Source: Patescibacteria group bacterium (lineage in GTDB: Bacteria; Patescibacteriota; Microgenomatia; UBA8517). Taken from it: DNA of 54,256 nucleotides. Shown piece by piece: positions 9,519 to 19,099 of this stretch. Below the pieces are notes generated by a model, which saw only the letters and a program-made list of their open reading frames with translations, made no database searches and was not told the origin of the DNA. Position 1 is the stretch's first letter, and each line of letters opens with the position of its first letter. Made by a program: the position numbers and the translations under genes. The stretch covers positions 1 through 54,256 of the forward strand of contig JAHJHG010000007.1 in NCBI GenBank assembly GCA_018823885.1, in the 5' to 3' direction.

Positions 9519-10865
9519 TCAATAAAATTCCGTTTGTTCGCGTTTAAATATAGTGTTTCCTAAAACTAAACCAATATAATAAATCATCAATGGAAGAAAA
9601 AATATAGACATTCTTCTGGCAGAACCCGGTATTTTCTTCCATTCTACGTTAGTAATACTAAATGCATATGTACCCACAAACAATAGCAACAGATTTACAA
9701 TAATAATTAATAAAAGCACCAAATGCCCCTTTTTGTGTCGATTCTTGATGTCAATAAAGGCAGCGATTAAAAAGAAAAAAAACATTGGGCCCCACGTTAA
9801 AATGATGTTCTGATAAATATATCCTACGACTTCGATAACTCTGTTTAAACTAGCTCCGCTTAATAAAATCTTACTAGCCGAAGATATCTGTCCAGAAGTC
9901 GACATTGTATCTCCAAAAAAGCGACTTAGATGCACTTTCCAAGGCTGCTGAATAATTAAAAATCCTGGAAGATATGTCAATATTGGAAAGATGCTTTTCT
10001 TGTAAATCGAATAAAGCAAAACAACCACGATTCCAGTCAACCAAAATGGTTCTGTGGCCCTAGTCCAAGTACTTAGTCCAATCAGAAGGGAAGATAATAA
10101 TAGATAGTTGTTACTTTTATTAATCACTGCCAAATAAAGGTACAAAGTGCCAGTAACATAAAATACAGTATATGGAAGATTTGTGTAGGCTATTACCGAC
10201 TGCTCAAACAATGTGGGGGTACTTACTAAAACAAACGTGAAAAATATAGCAACGGATATATTTGTATGCCTTCTAAGCACACCATAAAAAATTAAACCAA
10301 AAGACAAATAAAATAGAAAATAGGTGAATTTAGGATTTGAACCTCCGGCCACATATACAATTGTATGAGTCAGGGATGTTAATAGCGGGTAATGAGCAAA
10401 GTAATCAAATTGCTTGGCTACTTGAACGAAATAACCAGTCTGGGCAATAATTTTTGCTCGAAAATCATATAAGGCCAATGCATCCCATACATATACTGGG
10501 TAATATGCATTTATCAATAAACTTATGAAAAATATAAGGCATATCCCAACGCAAATAATTTTTTCATACCTTTTGAGAAATTTAAACTCCTTTAACATGT
10601 TCGGAATTTTAATTTCAATTTTTCTTTTTAGGAAATGGCAAATATATCGAACAAGAACAATGAGTGTTAAAAGTAATATCACTATGCTTCCTAGTGTAAT
10701 TTTGACACCAATCCAGGAATAGAAAAACATCATTAGCGTTGTAAGGCCAAGCCCTAAAATATAGGATAAGCCCAATTTTTCCAAGAAAGGCAAGCCTTCT
10801 TTGATCAAGGATGAAAATATTAAACCGAAATATATAATTAGTATAAAAGTCAATAAGACGAACAT
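9519..10865 (-). CDS. Polytopic membrane protein, putative GT-C (module gene B, copy 2)
   Basis: WDALALYDFRAK, HYPLL, YTNLPY, TRATEPFW; paralog of 11904-13241. Confidence 0.7.
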   Translation of the reverse strand: MFVLLTFILIIYFGLIFSSLIKEGLPFLEKLGLSYILGLGLTTLMMFFYSWIGVKITLGSIVILLLTLIVLVRYICHFLKRKIEIKIPNMLKEFKFLKRYEKIICVGICLIFFISLLINAYYPVYVWDALALYDFRAKIIAQTGYFVQVAKQFDYFAHYPLLTSLTHTIVYVAGGSNPKFTYFLFYLSFGLIFYGVLRRHTNISVAIFFTFVLVSTPTLFEQSVIAYTNLPYTVFYVTGTLYLYLAVINKSNNYLLLSSLLIGLSTWTRATEPFWLTGIVVVLLYSIYKKSIFPILTYLPGFLIIQQPWKVHLSRFFGDTMSTSGQISSASKILLSGASLNRVIEVVGYIYQNIILTWGPMFFFFLIAAFIDIKNRHKKGHLVLLLIIIVNLLLLFVGTYAFSITNVEWKKIPGSARRMSIFFLPLMIYYIGLVLGNTIFKREQTEFY

Positions 10866-10867
10866 AG

Positions 10868-11878
10868 TTATTTTGTAATTTTAATAACTCCCCATAACTC
10901 TTTGTCTTTTACTGCTTCGTAAACATAATTTCCCATTACTTTATCTTTGTCTTTCTCATTTGTTATATAAATTATTTCTTCGGCGGCGACATCAAACTTG
11001 GGCCAACCATGAGTATAGTCGTATTCTGTCCCAATGGTCTCCCCCCAAGCTATTAACACATAATCTATGTCATTCTTTGTGTAATTAGCTCCAGGTAAAT
11101 ATTCTTCGCCATTCAACACTTTTCTTGGATAAAGAAAATAGCGTAAATATGCAGAATTCCCTGTTTGTGGCCAAGGATATCCTTGTGGGGGTATAAGTAT
11201 TGTAGATTCTTCAGGTACGTTTGTTTTTATAAAGCTTGTATATTCATAAAACAAAGGAGTCACCTTCTCGCTCATTTTTAAATCATAAGAAGCAAGGGGA
11301 TTACTCAACATAAAGGAAATATCTTTTTCAATCATCGAGCTTATTCCGATCAAATTATCAGCCGACACCATTAATGCCAATGTGATAATAATCATTTCCG
11401 GTCTAATTTTCTTAATTATATTTTTATTATTCACTATCGTATGAAATCCACGGCGGCTTAGGGCATAACTTATTAGTACAACAAAAAGTGGCCACTTAAG
11501 CTCTGCTGGATGAACATGTAATTTTGAAAAAACAAAGTTTGAATAGTTTAACTTCTCTAGATTCATCAGTGATAAATACAGTAGCCCAAATAAGAAAGCT
11601 AAGCTTAAATTTATCTTGTTCAATTTTTCACTCAAAACACTTTTTTTATACTTTGGATCATATTTTGAAAACAGGCAAGCTGCAATTAATATAAAATAAA
11701 CCCATAGAGGATTTATCAATAGATATTTCTTTGTCACACCTGGATACAACAATGCCTCTCCGATACTGACCAATAATGCAGATGCCCAAATTAGAGGAAA
11801 AATTGAGTAACACAAACTTCTCACTTGTTTTAACAAAACTAGCAGATTTGTTTTATTGTATTTCTGTATATTTTGCAT
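10868..11878 (-). CDS. Membrane protein with C-terminal soluble domain (module gene A, copy 2)
   Basis: N-terminal TM helices, then VPEESTILIPPQGYPWPQTGN..YLRYFLYPR; paralog of 13238-14197. Confidence 0.7.
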   Translation of the reverse strand: MQNIQKYNKTNLLVLLKQVRSLCYSIFPLIWASALLVSIGEALLYPGVTKKYLLINPLWVYFILIAACLFSKYDPKYKKSVLSEKLNKINLSLAFLFGLLYLSLMNLEKLNYSNFVFSKLHVHPAELKWPLFVVLISYALSRRGFHTIVNNKNIIKKIRPEMIIITLALMVSADNLIGISSMIEKDISFMLSNPLASYDLKMSEKVTPLFYEYTSFIKTNVPEESTILIPPQGYPWPQTGNSAYLRYFLYPRKVLNGEEYLPGANYTKNDIDYVLIAWGETIGTEYDYTHGWPKFDVAAEEIIYITNEKDKDKVMGNYVYEAVKDKELWGVIKITK

Positions 11879-11903
11879 GTTATTTGTTTATTAACCAAAA
11901 AAC

Positions 11904-13241
11904 TTAGGATCGGACAAACGCGCGCTTAATAATCTCTGAAAAACCAATCTTTCTTTTACCAAGGCCTGTTCTGGTTTCACCAAGGATAATCTTGACATTT
12001 TTAAGAAGCAAATAAGCACTAATAGGCAACAGATAGGTCGAAGATCTCATCAACGATTCCCCCATCTCTACCCACCAATCATACTCTAGAGAAATTAAAT
12101 ATAAACTACCCCAATAGAAAAGTATGCTAAATATTATTACCCATCCAGCGAATATGTCTGCCAACTTCTTTCTTCTGCCAATATTTATGAGGGAAACTAA
12201 ATAGACCAACAAAGTTAAACCCCATGATCGGATTAGGTATAAGGTAACTTTAAATAAGCCTCCTGTAAATATCCCCAAAATTCCCTCAATTATCGTTATG
12301 TGTGAGAAATCAAATATTTGAGGGTTGTCAGCAATGGAACCGACAAAGAATTGCCAAGAATAATATTGCAGAGCACAAAATACAAACAATACTACTATCG
12401 ACAAGGAAATGGTTTTATTTTTTCGCTTAACTAGTGCCGTGAGAAAAAAAGCTATGACTACAGCGATCCATATGGGCTCTAGAAACCTAATAAATTGAGA
12501 CGTTCCAATAAGAACCGTTCCAAAAAACAAAGACCACTTCTCTTTAGACTCAATAAAATGAAGGATTAAGAAAAAACCAAAAATTATATAAAGGGTAAAT
12601 GGCAAGTTCGTATACTCTATTATTGAAGTATAAAAAATATTGGTATTTGCAATCGATAAAAACATTAATAAAGCAGCAAAAAGCACGCCTAAACGTTCTT
12701 TTGTTAGTAAAAATATTCCTAAGCCAAGCAGAATCAGATTAAGTGAATAATAAAAACTTATTGGCGCAATTGAGACGTGTTCATGCCAAAAGCGATGGAC
12801 TATTGATGTGTATGGCGGATAAAGTAGATAGTAATATTGATTCTTGTCATCAAATTTAGAAAGGGATACCATCTCCGAGAAATTCATCCCCTGACTTAAA
12901 AATTTTGCACGAGCATCATAAAGAGCAATAGCATCCCATTCAATAGCACCTTTAGATAGATTCACATAGCTTGAAATAATAATTACTACTAACGAAATTG
13001 CAAATAGGAAAATAGTAATTTTTGCATCTCTCTTGCCTTTTTTATTTGGCACCACAATCCTCCGTTTTTTTTCAAACATGAAAAATATAATCCCACCCAT
13101 AAATAACAGTGAATATGAAATTATATCAATAGTCCCCACAACACTTGTTGCATATGCGGGCTCAAGCTTAAAAAAGTAAAGCTTTACCAAAAACATCAAA
13201 GAAATAAAAATAATGGCAATAGTAAATTTAGTAATCCTCAT
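11904..13241 (-). CDS. Polytopic membrane protein, putative GT-C (module gene B, copy 1)
   Basis: WDAIALYDARAK, LYPP, YTNLPF, IRFLEPIW. Confidence 0.7.
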   Translation of the reverse strand: MRITKFTIAIIFISLMFLVKLYFFKLEPAYATSVVGTIDIISYSLLFMGGIIFFMFEKKRRIVVPNKKGKRDAKITIFLFAISLVVIIISSYVNLSKGAIEWDAIALYDARAKFLSQGMNFSEMVSLSKFDDKNQYYYLLYPPYTSIVHRFWHEHVSIAPISFYYSLNLILLGLGIFLLTKERLGVLFAALLMFLSIANTNIFYTSIIEYTNLPFTLYIIFGFFLILHFIESKEKWSLFFGTVLIGTSQFIRFLEPIWIAVVIAFFLTALVKRKNKTISLSIVVLFVFCALQYYSWQFFVGSIADNPQIFDFSHITIIEGILGIFTGGLFKVTLYLIRSWGLTLLVYLVSLINIGRRKKLADIFAGWVIIFSILFYWGSLYLISLEYDWWVEMGESLMRSSTYLLPISAYLLLKNVKIILGETRTGLGKRKIGFSEIIKRAFVRS

Positions 13242-14197
13242 TTAAATATAATTTTGTATATTACTATATCGACTTTGTCAGAGATCGTCTCAAGTTCTTC
13301 ATATGTAACTTTATCTTCTTCATTAAAAATAATTGTTTTTTTTGCTCTATTAATCTCGGGCCAGGGCGGTTCTGTAACATATGGAAAATAGGCTTCACCA
13401 ATTTCTTCTACAAAAGCTTGATCATTAATAAGAGCACCACTAATTAAAATTCGCGGAAAAAGAAAATATCTTATAATCGGTTGGTTCCCCACTTCCGGCC
13501 ATTTTGAACCCTGAGGAGGATGAATAATTTTTGCATCCTCGGGAACAATATTCGATAAACTTTCTATATATACATAGCGCCACCCTATTTTGGTTTCATA
13601 ATCTCCTTTGGGAATCCGCAATAATGTTCGTATATTCGAAAAGGGATACAAAGATAGAAGTAACAAAATTACTATACCCAAAGTCGTTAAAACAATGTTT
13701 ATATCTGTTATCCATACACCAGCAATTCCCTTTTTTAAAGTTCTGCTAACCACTACAAATATCAACCCCGCAATTAATCCAAAAACAATGTAATTTGCGG
13801 TGCTTATAAATCTGAGGTCTTCCGGCCGCACACCATAAGTCGAGTACAGGTAATTCGGATAGTAATAAATATCAAAATCCAGAAGCCATCCTGCAATAAA
13901 ATTAACAATAGCCGAGGTTAAAGCTACGACAATTAGGGCTACCGTATGTTCCCGCGACACTTTTTCATCAATAAATCTTTTTATCCACGCCACTATAATG
14001 ACTAGAGAAAACAAAAGAAAAATCGGTTTATAAACTTTATAAGAAAAGGACAATAACAACGCCACAGGGTTATAGATACTAGAAACGTGGGTCATATAAT
14101 TATATTTAAGAACACCTACAAGGGGGTACAACAAAAACATCATCCATGGCACGATAAACGCGAAGGGATTGTAAATATAATTTTTTAATTTTTTCAT
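13238..14197 (-). CDS. Membrane protein with C-terminal soluble domain (module gene A, copy 1)
   Basis: TM helices, then VPEDAKIIHPPQGSKWPEVGN..IIRYFLFPR. Confidence 0.7.
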   Translation of the reverse strand: MKKLKNYIYNPFAFIVPWMMFLLYPLVGVLKYNYMTHVSSIYNPVALLLSFSYKVYKPIFLLFSLVIIVAWIKRFIDEKVSREHTVALIVVALTSAIVNFIAGWLLDFDIYYYPNYLYSTYGVRPEDLRFISTANYIVFGLIAGLIFVVVSRTLKKGIAGVWITDINIVLTTLGIVILLLLSLYPFSNIRTLLRIPKGDYETKIGWRYVYIESLSNIVPEDAKIIHPPQGSKWPEVGNQPIIRYFLFPRILISGALINDQAFVEEIGEAYFPYVTEPPWPEINRAKKTIIFNEEDKVTYEELETISDKVDIVIYKIIFK

Positions 14198-15804
14198 TCC
14201 AGTTGCCTAATTTCCCAGTAGTAGTTAAAGCTGTCTTCCTTTAGTGGTGGTTCAGAAAGTGTTTTGATGGGCCTTAGGGGAAATTTTTCTCTAAATACAA
14301 GAGGGTCAATTTGTTTAATTTCATAACTCTTACTTTTTATAATTTTGTAGTTTAATTTAATCAACTCCGGTTCTTCGATTGCCAATTCAAACGGTATTCG
14401 GGTAAAAAGATAGCCCGTATTGGGCAAATCACCTTTAAGCCTTTGAGTCCTTACGTCTTTGTTATATAAATATTTTAAGTGTAGTGGAATCTCATAAAGA
14501 ACTTCCCACGTGCCTAGACTGTCCGTCGCATTTATATATAATGTCTCGTTCTCAAGGGCTGAGATTGCCATTACCTGATCTGCCCCAAACTCCAAACATT
14601 GACTATACCAATTTTTATAGTTTATAGTTTTTGCAAGGTTTACGGGGAAACCAACGAAAAATAAATTCGTAAAGATAATTACCAATACTAAAGTGATTAT
14701 TATTTTATACATCGCGGTTTTCCCCCATCTGAAAATTGAAGCCATCAAGTAATCAGCAATTTTTGAAAATAGCACTCCAGTGATAATAGAAAAACAAAAA
14801 ATCGGAACTAAGATATATCTGTCGAGCACAAATCGCCAGGGCAACAATATCGCCGTACTTAGAAAAAAAGCTAGAACCCAGAATAAAAATTGTTCATTTA
14901 TTATCTCTTTTCTCAATTTTTTTGAAAAAAACACTACGGGAAACGTTAGTCCAACAAGTTTTAAAAAGGGTGAAGTCATGTTGCTAATATGTAGCGTGTA
15001 AGCCAAACCATTGCCAAAAAACCTTTCAAAATTAATCTGAAAATTTTCAGCGTAAGCCAGAGTCTCGTTTTGTGGCCTAGCTAGCAATTTCCCTGCAACT
15101 ACAAATAAAACAACAAAGATTGCCAATTTCACAGAAAGCTTCTTGTCACTTTCCTTTTTTATATATAAAAAGCTTATAAACAAAGGGGCAAACACAATAA
15201 CAAACGAGGGTTCTTTAACCGTAATTGCTGCTAGCAACATAAAGACTAAAAGAGAAGTAAAAGCCCGTGGATAAGACTTAATCCTTTTTACACCAGATCT
15301 AGACAAATATATCAGTGAAAAAAACCCAATGAGTAAAATCTGGTACGGCTCTTGAGGACCCAACCTTATTATGTTTTCAGAAAAAGAAAACGAGGAAACA
15401 AATATACCAGACGACAGAATAACCGATAAAGGACCGCCTCCTGCTTGAATAGCTGAAGCCATCAAAAGAAGCAAGAGTAGGTAGCCGACAATATATACCC
15501 TAAATTGATGGTGCAGGATGGGATTTATCCCTAACACTTTGTACAAAATATGTTGTATGCCCCAATATCCAGGCCTGAACCTACCGGATTGCTTTTCAAT
15601 TAAAATCTCCTTAAGGGGAGCACATTCACCGGAATTAAAACATTCATCAAACAAATATGAATTGTGGACAGATTGGCCATCATCTATAAGGGAAAAGTGT
15701 TTGTATGAATGCGGAGAAAGAACAAAAAATGCATAAAGAAAATAAAGCAAAGAAACTATAAATACAACTAACCAATACTTTCTAATTACTTCTTTAATTC
15801 TCAT
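14194..15804 (-). CDS. Putative GT-C membrane glycosyltransferase
   Basis: TM1 followed by LIDDG diacidic motif, GRFRP, QEP, VKEP, DRY; C-terminal soluble domain. Confidence 0.7.
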   Translation of the reverse strand: MRIKEVIRKYWLVVFIVSLLYFLYAFFVLSPHSYKHFSLIDDGQSVHNSYLFDECFNSGECAPLKEILIEKQSGRFRPGYWGIQHILYKVLGINPILHHQFRVYIVGYLLLLLLMASAIQAGGGPLSVILSSGIFVSSFSFSENIIRLGPQEPYQILLIGFFSLIYLSRSGVKRIKSYPRAFTSLLVFMLLAAITVKEPSFVIVFAPLFISFLYIKKESDKKLSVKLAIFVVLFVVAGKLLARPQNETLAYAENFQINFERFFGNGLAYTLHISNMTSPFLKLVGLTFPVVFFSKKLRKEIINEQFLFWVLAFFLSTAILLPWRFVLDRYILVPIFCFSIITGVLFSKIADYLMASIFRWGKTAMYKIIITLVLVIIFTNLFFVGFPVNLAKTINYKNWYSQCLEFGADQVMAISALENETLYINATDSLGTWEVLYEIPLHLKYLYNKDVRTQRLKGDLPNTGYLFTRIPFELAIEEPELIKLNYKIIKSKSYEIKQIDPLVFREKFPLRPIKTLSEPPLKEDSFNYYWEIRQLE

Positions 15805-16571
15805 TGTTTCTTCATTCGTATTTGCACTGAGCCCCCAAGGTATTTCACAATAGGCAGTTTACCAAATAGTGAAAATACTTTGTCAATTCTTATTAACAAG
15901 GGTAAGCTGAACACCTTAAGGGGCCAAATAAACTCAGTCATTGAAACATTAACTTCAAAGGGGGCAAAATAGCCACCAAGCGTTAAGGGATTAATTGCCC
16001 ATTCATCTTTTGAATCTCCTGCCTTTTTCTTTAAATACGGGGTTGATTTAATAAGATAGACCACAGGATTTAAAATATTTGGTTCATAAAAAAAAGCAAT
16101 GCCTCCTGGCTTTAATACCCTCGCAATTTCTATATTTATCTTAGTCAGATAGAGATGGTGTAATACGTAATACCCACAAACCACATCAAAGGTTCCCTTC
16201 TTAAAACCAGTAGAATAAGCGTTTTTTGTGATAAATGATACGTTATCAAGTTCTGCACATTTCCTTCGAGCCACCTTAATAATTTTTTCAGAAATGTCTA
16301 ATGCGACAACGCTTGACTGTGGCAAACGTGATGCTATTGCTTTTGTATACTCACCCGTACCGCATCCAATTTCCAATATTCTTAAACTCTTTTTTCCATA
16401 CTTCGCTGTAACAAAATTAACAAATTCTGTGCATTTTTTATTTATTTTATATTCTGTAAATTTATCTTTATATCCATAATTCTTGTCATAAGTCAAAGCA
16501 ATCCTATTAAAATACTTTCTTTCTTCTACCTCTCTTTTTGTCGATCTTTTTTTGTATATATCTTTTTTCAC
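15801..16571 (-). CDS. Class I SAM-dependent methyltransferase
   Basis: ILEIGCGTG, ALDIS, FDVV, VLHH, RVLKPGG..FYEPN; GTG start. Confidence 0.9.
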   Translation of the reverse strand: MKKDIYKKRSTKREVEERKYFNRIALTYDKNYGYKDKFTEYKINKKCTEFVNFVTAKYGKKSLRILEIGCGTGEYTKAIASRLPQSSVVALDISEKIIKVARRKCAELDNVSFITKNAYSTGFKKGTFDVVCGYYVLHHLYLTKINIEIARVLKPGGIAFFYEPNILNPVVYLIKSTPYLKKKAGDSKDEWAINPLTLGGYFAPFEVNVSMTEFIWPLKVFSLPLLIRIDKVFSLFGKLPIVKYLGGSVQIRMKKQ

Positions 16572-16573
16572 AA

Positions 16574-17257
16574 TTATCTTTTTAATGCCGCATATAATTT
16601 TATTAGATCGGCAGGTGTTTGAAATATTCTATTTGAAAATCTCGGGGACCTTCTCTCAATAATCTCAACAGGAAGCTCTAAAATATCCAGGCCCGCCCTC
16701 TGTGATCGAATTACTAACTCCGAATCAAAAATTCCCGTTTCGGTTCTACATCTATTTATAATCGGTAGAAGGATGTTTCTTCTAAAAGCTTTAATCCCGT
16801 GAGTATCTGTTCCTTTAAATCCAAAGAAAATCTTTAAAAATAGATTAAAAAAGAATGTGATTAGTTTTCTGTTTAGAGACCTATTGTCCTTAGATGAAGA
16901 AAGTAACTTTGAACCCGTAACTAAATCGTATCCCAATAAGTCAGCGTTTATCAAATCAATAAATTTCTTATCCCAAAAATCAACATTAAATATTACAATA
17001 TATCGCCCCCTTGCTTTTTTAATTCCGCGGATTAGTGCTTTCCCATATGCAGGTTCGAGCAAGCATTCAACCTTAATTCTAAAATTTTTTCGAGCACATG
17101 CTTTTGCGATTTCTAATGTATTATCGCTACTTCCATTTTCAACAACTACAACTTCATAAGTTAATCTGGCTACGTCCAGATAGCTAGTAATATCTTTTAG
17201 AACTGTTGATAACAACCCCTCCTCGTCCTTTGCTGGTAAAATAACGCTTAATTTCAT
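16574..17257 (-). CDS. GT2, DPM1-like polyprenol-phosphate glycosyltransferase
   Basis: LSVILPAKDEE, VENGSSDNT, YGKAL..G, DLVTGSK, DTHGIKAFRR, FDSELVIR, ELPV. Confidence 0.8.
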   Translation of the reverse strand: MKLSVILPAKDEEGLLSTVLKDITSYLDVARLTYEVVVVENGSSDNTLEIAKACARKNFRIKVECLLEPAYGKALIRGIKKARGRYIVIFNVDFWDKKFIDLINADLLGYDLVTGSKLLSSSKDNRSLNRKLITFFFNLFLKIFFGFKGTDTHGIKAFRRNILLPIINRCRTETGIFDSELVIRSQRAGLDILELPVEIIERRSPRFSNRIFQTPADLIKLYAALKR

Positions 17258-17274
17258 ATTTTTAACGATAACAT

Positions 17275-17280
17275 ATTATA
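17275..17280 (-). promoter_or_regulatory. Putative -10 box (TATAAT) for the leftward genes
   Basis: Perfect TATAAT 17 nt upstream of ATG 17257 in the divergent intergenic region. Confidence 0.45.
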
Positions 17281-17361
17281 CTTAAACACTACGGCAATTA
17301 CTCGTCAAATTTGCTAATTATTATATAGTTGATACATGCGCTACTTGGCGATTATCAAAAT

Positions 17362-17370
17362 TGATATAAT
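17362..17370 (+). promoter_or_regulatory. Putative extended -10 promoter (TGaTATAAT) for the plus-strand gene
   Basis: TTGATATAAT ends 18 nt upstream of ATG 17389. Confidence 0.55.
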
Positions 17371-17388
17371 CTGAATATTTCTAAAGAG

Positions 17389-19035
17389 ATGAAAAATTCA
17401 CTCAACTTAGTTGAAAACAACTTAAGAAAAATAATTAAACTTTATTTTAACGGTTTGAGAAAGGCAGGAAAAGTTTGGGGTTCACACATAGAAACATTTC
17501 TAAAAAACTCATATATTCACCCCATTCTTTTCTCTGCTTATCCAATATTGTTTTTTTACTCTTACAACATTACGGAACTTTTTCCTAGGGTGCTCTTGTT
17601 CCCGATTACTGTTTCTGTCCTTATGACAGTATTCTTGTGGGGCCTATTATATTTCATTTTTAAAAATATTTACAAATCTGCCTTAATAACGTCGGTATTT
17701 ATTTTATTATTCTTTTCCTTTACTCACCTTTATCAACTATTTATAAATCGTTTTCAAATTGGGGTCACCACACACCACGCGCTTGTCTTTTGTCTCGCTC
17801 TTTTAATACTAGTGGCGGTACTTCTTAAAAGAACGAAAAATGAACCCAAGACACTTACTCAGTTATTTAATATCATTTCACTCGCTTTATTCATCTCTGC
17901 TTCAATCAACATTGTATCGTACGAAGTTGGAATCAGAAATCAATTAGAGTCGGAAAGTATCTCGCAGGGAGATGCAGTAACTCAAGGAAATCAGGAACCT
18001 GTCGAAAACAGAGATATATACTATATTATTCTTGATGCTTATGGACGACAAGATATTCTTAACAAAAGTTATAATTATGACAATACAACATTTATCCAAT
18101 ATCTAGAAAAAAGGGGCTTCTACGTTGCCTCAGAAAGTAACAGTAATTACGCCTATACACATCTATCTCTCCCTTCAACTTTCAATTTTAAATATCTAAA
18201 TTATTTAACTGATCAATTTGGAAAAGAAAGGCGGACGATGGATCCGGTACTTGCCAAAATGCTTCATGAAAATGAGGTAAGTCGGCTTCTAAAATCCCAT
18301 GGGTACCAATTTATAAACTTTGGCTCAGGCTGGTTAACAACTGAAAATATATCTACGGCCGATGTCAACATTCGTGAAGGAAAATTCTTTTCTCTCTTTG
18401 GAAAAACCCTCATTATAAATGATTTTTACTCTGTATTATTGAATACAACAGCCTTGTCTCCATTTGTTAAAGAAAAACTGTCCAATGCAGCAAGGGAAAA
18501 AATGTTATATAACTTTTCTGAACTTGCAGAGATGCCTTATTTGAGAGAAACAAAGTTTATTTTGGCTCATTTTCTACTCCCTCACCCCCCTTATCTTTTC
18601 GACAAAAATGGAGAACCAGTACCTGAGGATAAAGCAGGTGGGTATGATAAAAAACTGGACATTGAGCAATTACAGTTCACCAATAAAAAAATTATAGAAA
18701 CAGTTGACAAAATATTATCTAGATCCAATCCGAAACCTATTATAATTATTGCTTCGGATCACGGACCTCTCTTTCCAGGACTCGAAGATTGGCCAAAAAC
18801 GCCATCTGAGGAGGTGGTAAAAAAGCGAATGAGTATCTTCAATGCCTACTATTTCCCTGAAGGTGGAAGCGATTTATTATACGATTCGATTACTCCGGTG
18901 AATACTTTCAGAATATTATTCAACTATTATTTTGGAACCAAATACGAACTATTAGAGGACAAAAGTTACTTTTCGTGGGCTAATGCCTATTACGAATTTT
19001 ATGATGTAACCGACCAAATAAAAATCAACGAATAA
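17389..19035 (+). CDS. Membrane-anchored alkaline-phosphatase/sulfatase-superfamily enzyme (LtaS/EptA-like architecture)
   Basis: About 5 N-terminal TMs; DIYYIILDAY, SNYAYTHLSLPS, HFLLPHPPY, IIIASDHG metal-ligand motifs. Confidence 0.85.
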   Translation: MKNSLNLVENNLRKIIKLYFNGLRKAGKVWGSHIETFLKNSYIHPILFSAYPILFFYSYNITELFPRVLLFPITVSVLMTVFLWGLLYFIFKNIYKSALITSVFILLFFSFTHLYQLFINRFQIGVTTHHALVFCLALLILVAVLLKRTKNEPKTLTQLFNIISLALFISASINIVSYEVGIRNQLESESISQGDAVTQGNQEPVENRDIYYIILDAYGRQDILNKSYNYDNTTFIQYLEKRGFYVASESNSNYAYTHLSLPSTFNFKYLNYLTDQFGKERRTMDPVLAKMLHENEVSRLLKSHGYQFINFGSGWLTTENISTADVNIREGKFFSLFGKTLIINDFYSVLLNTTALSPFVKEKLSNAAREKMLYNFSELAEMPYLRETKFILAHFLLPHPPYLFDKNGEPVPEDKAGGYDKKLDIEQLQFTNKKIIETVDKILSRSNPKPIIIIASDHGPLFPGLEDWPKTPSEEVVKKRMSIFNAYYFPEGGSDLLYDSITPVNTFRILFNYYFGTKYELLEDKSYFSWANAYYEFYDVTDQIKINE

Positions 19036-19099
19036 TGCAAAAGGTCTTCTTTTCTTTATAGAAAACTTACATTATATTTATAATCGTAGCTAGGGTTTT

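Noticed and set aside
19036-19099. Bidirectional terminator between the convergent genes
   Set aside because: No convincing GC-rich stem-loop visible
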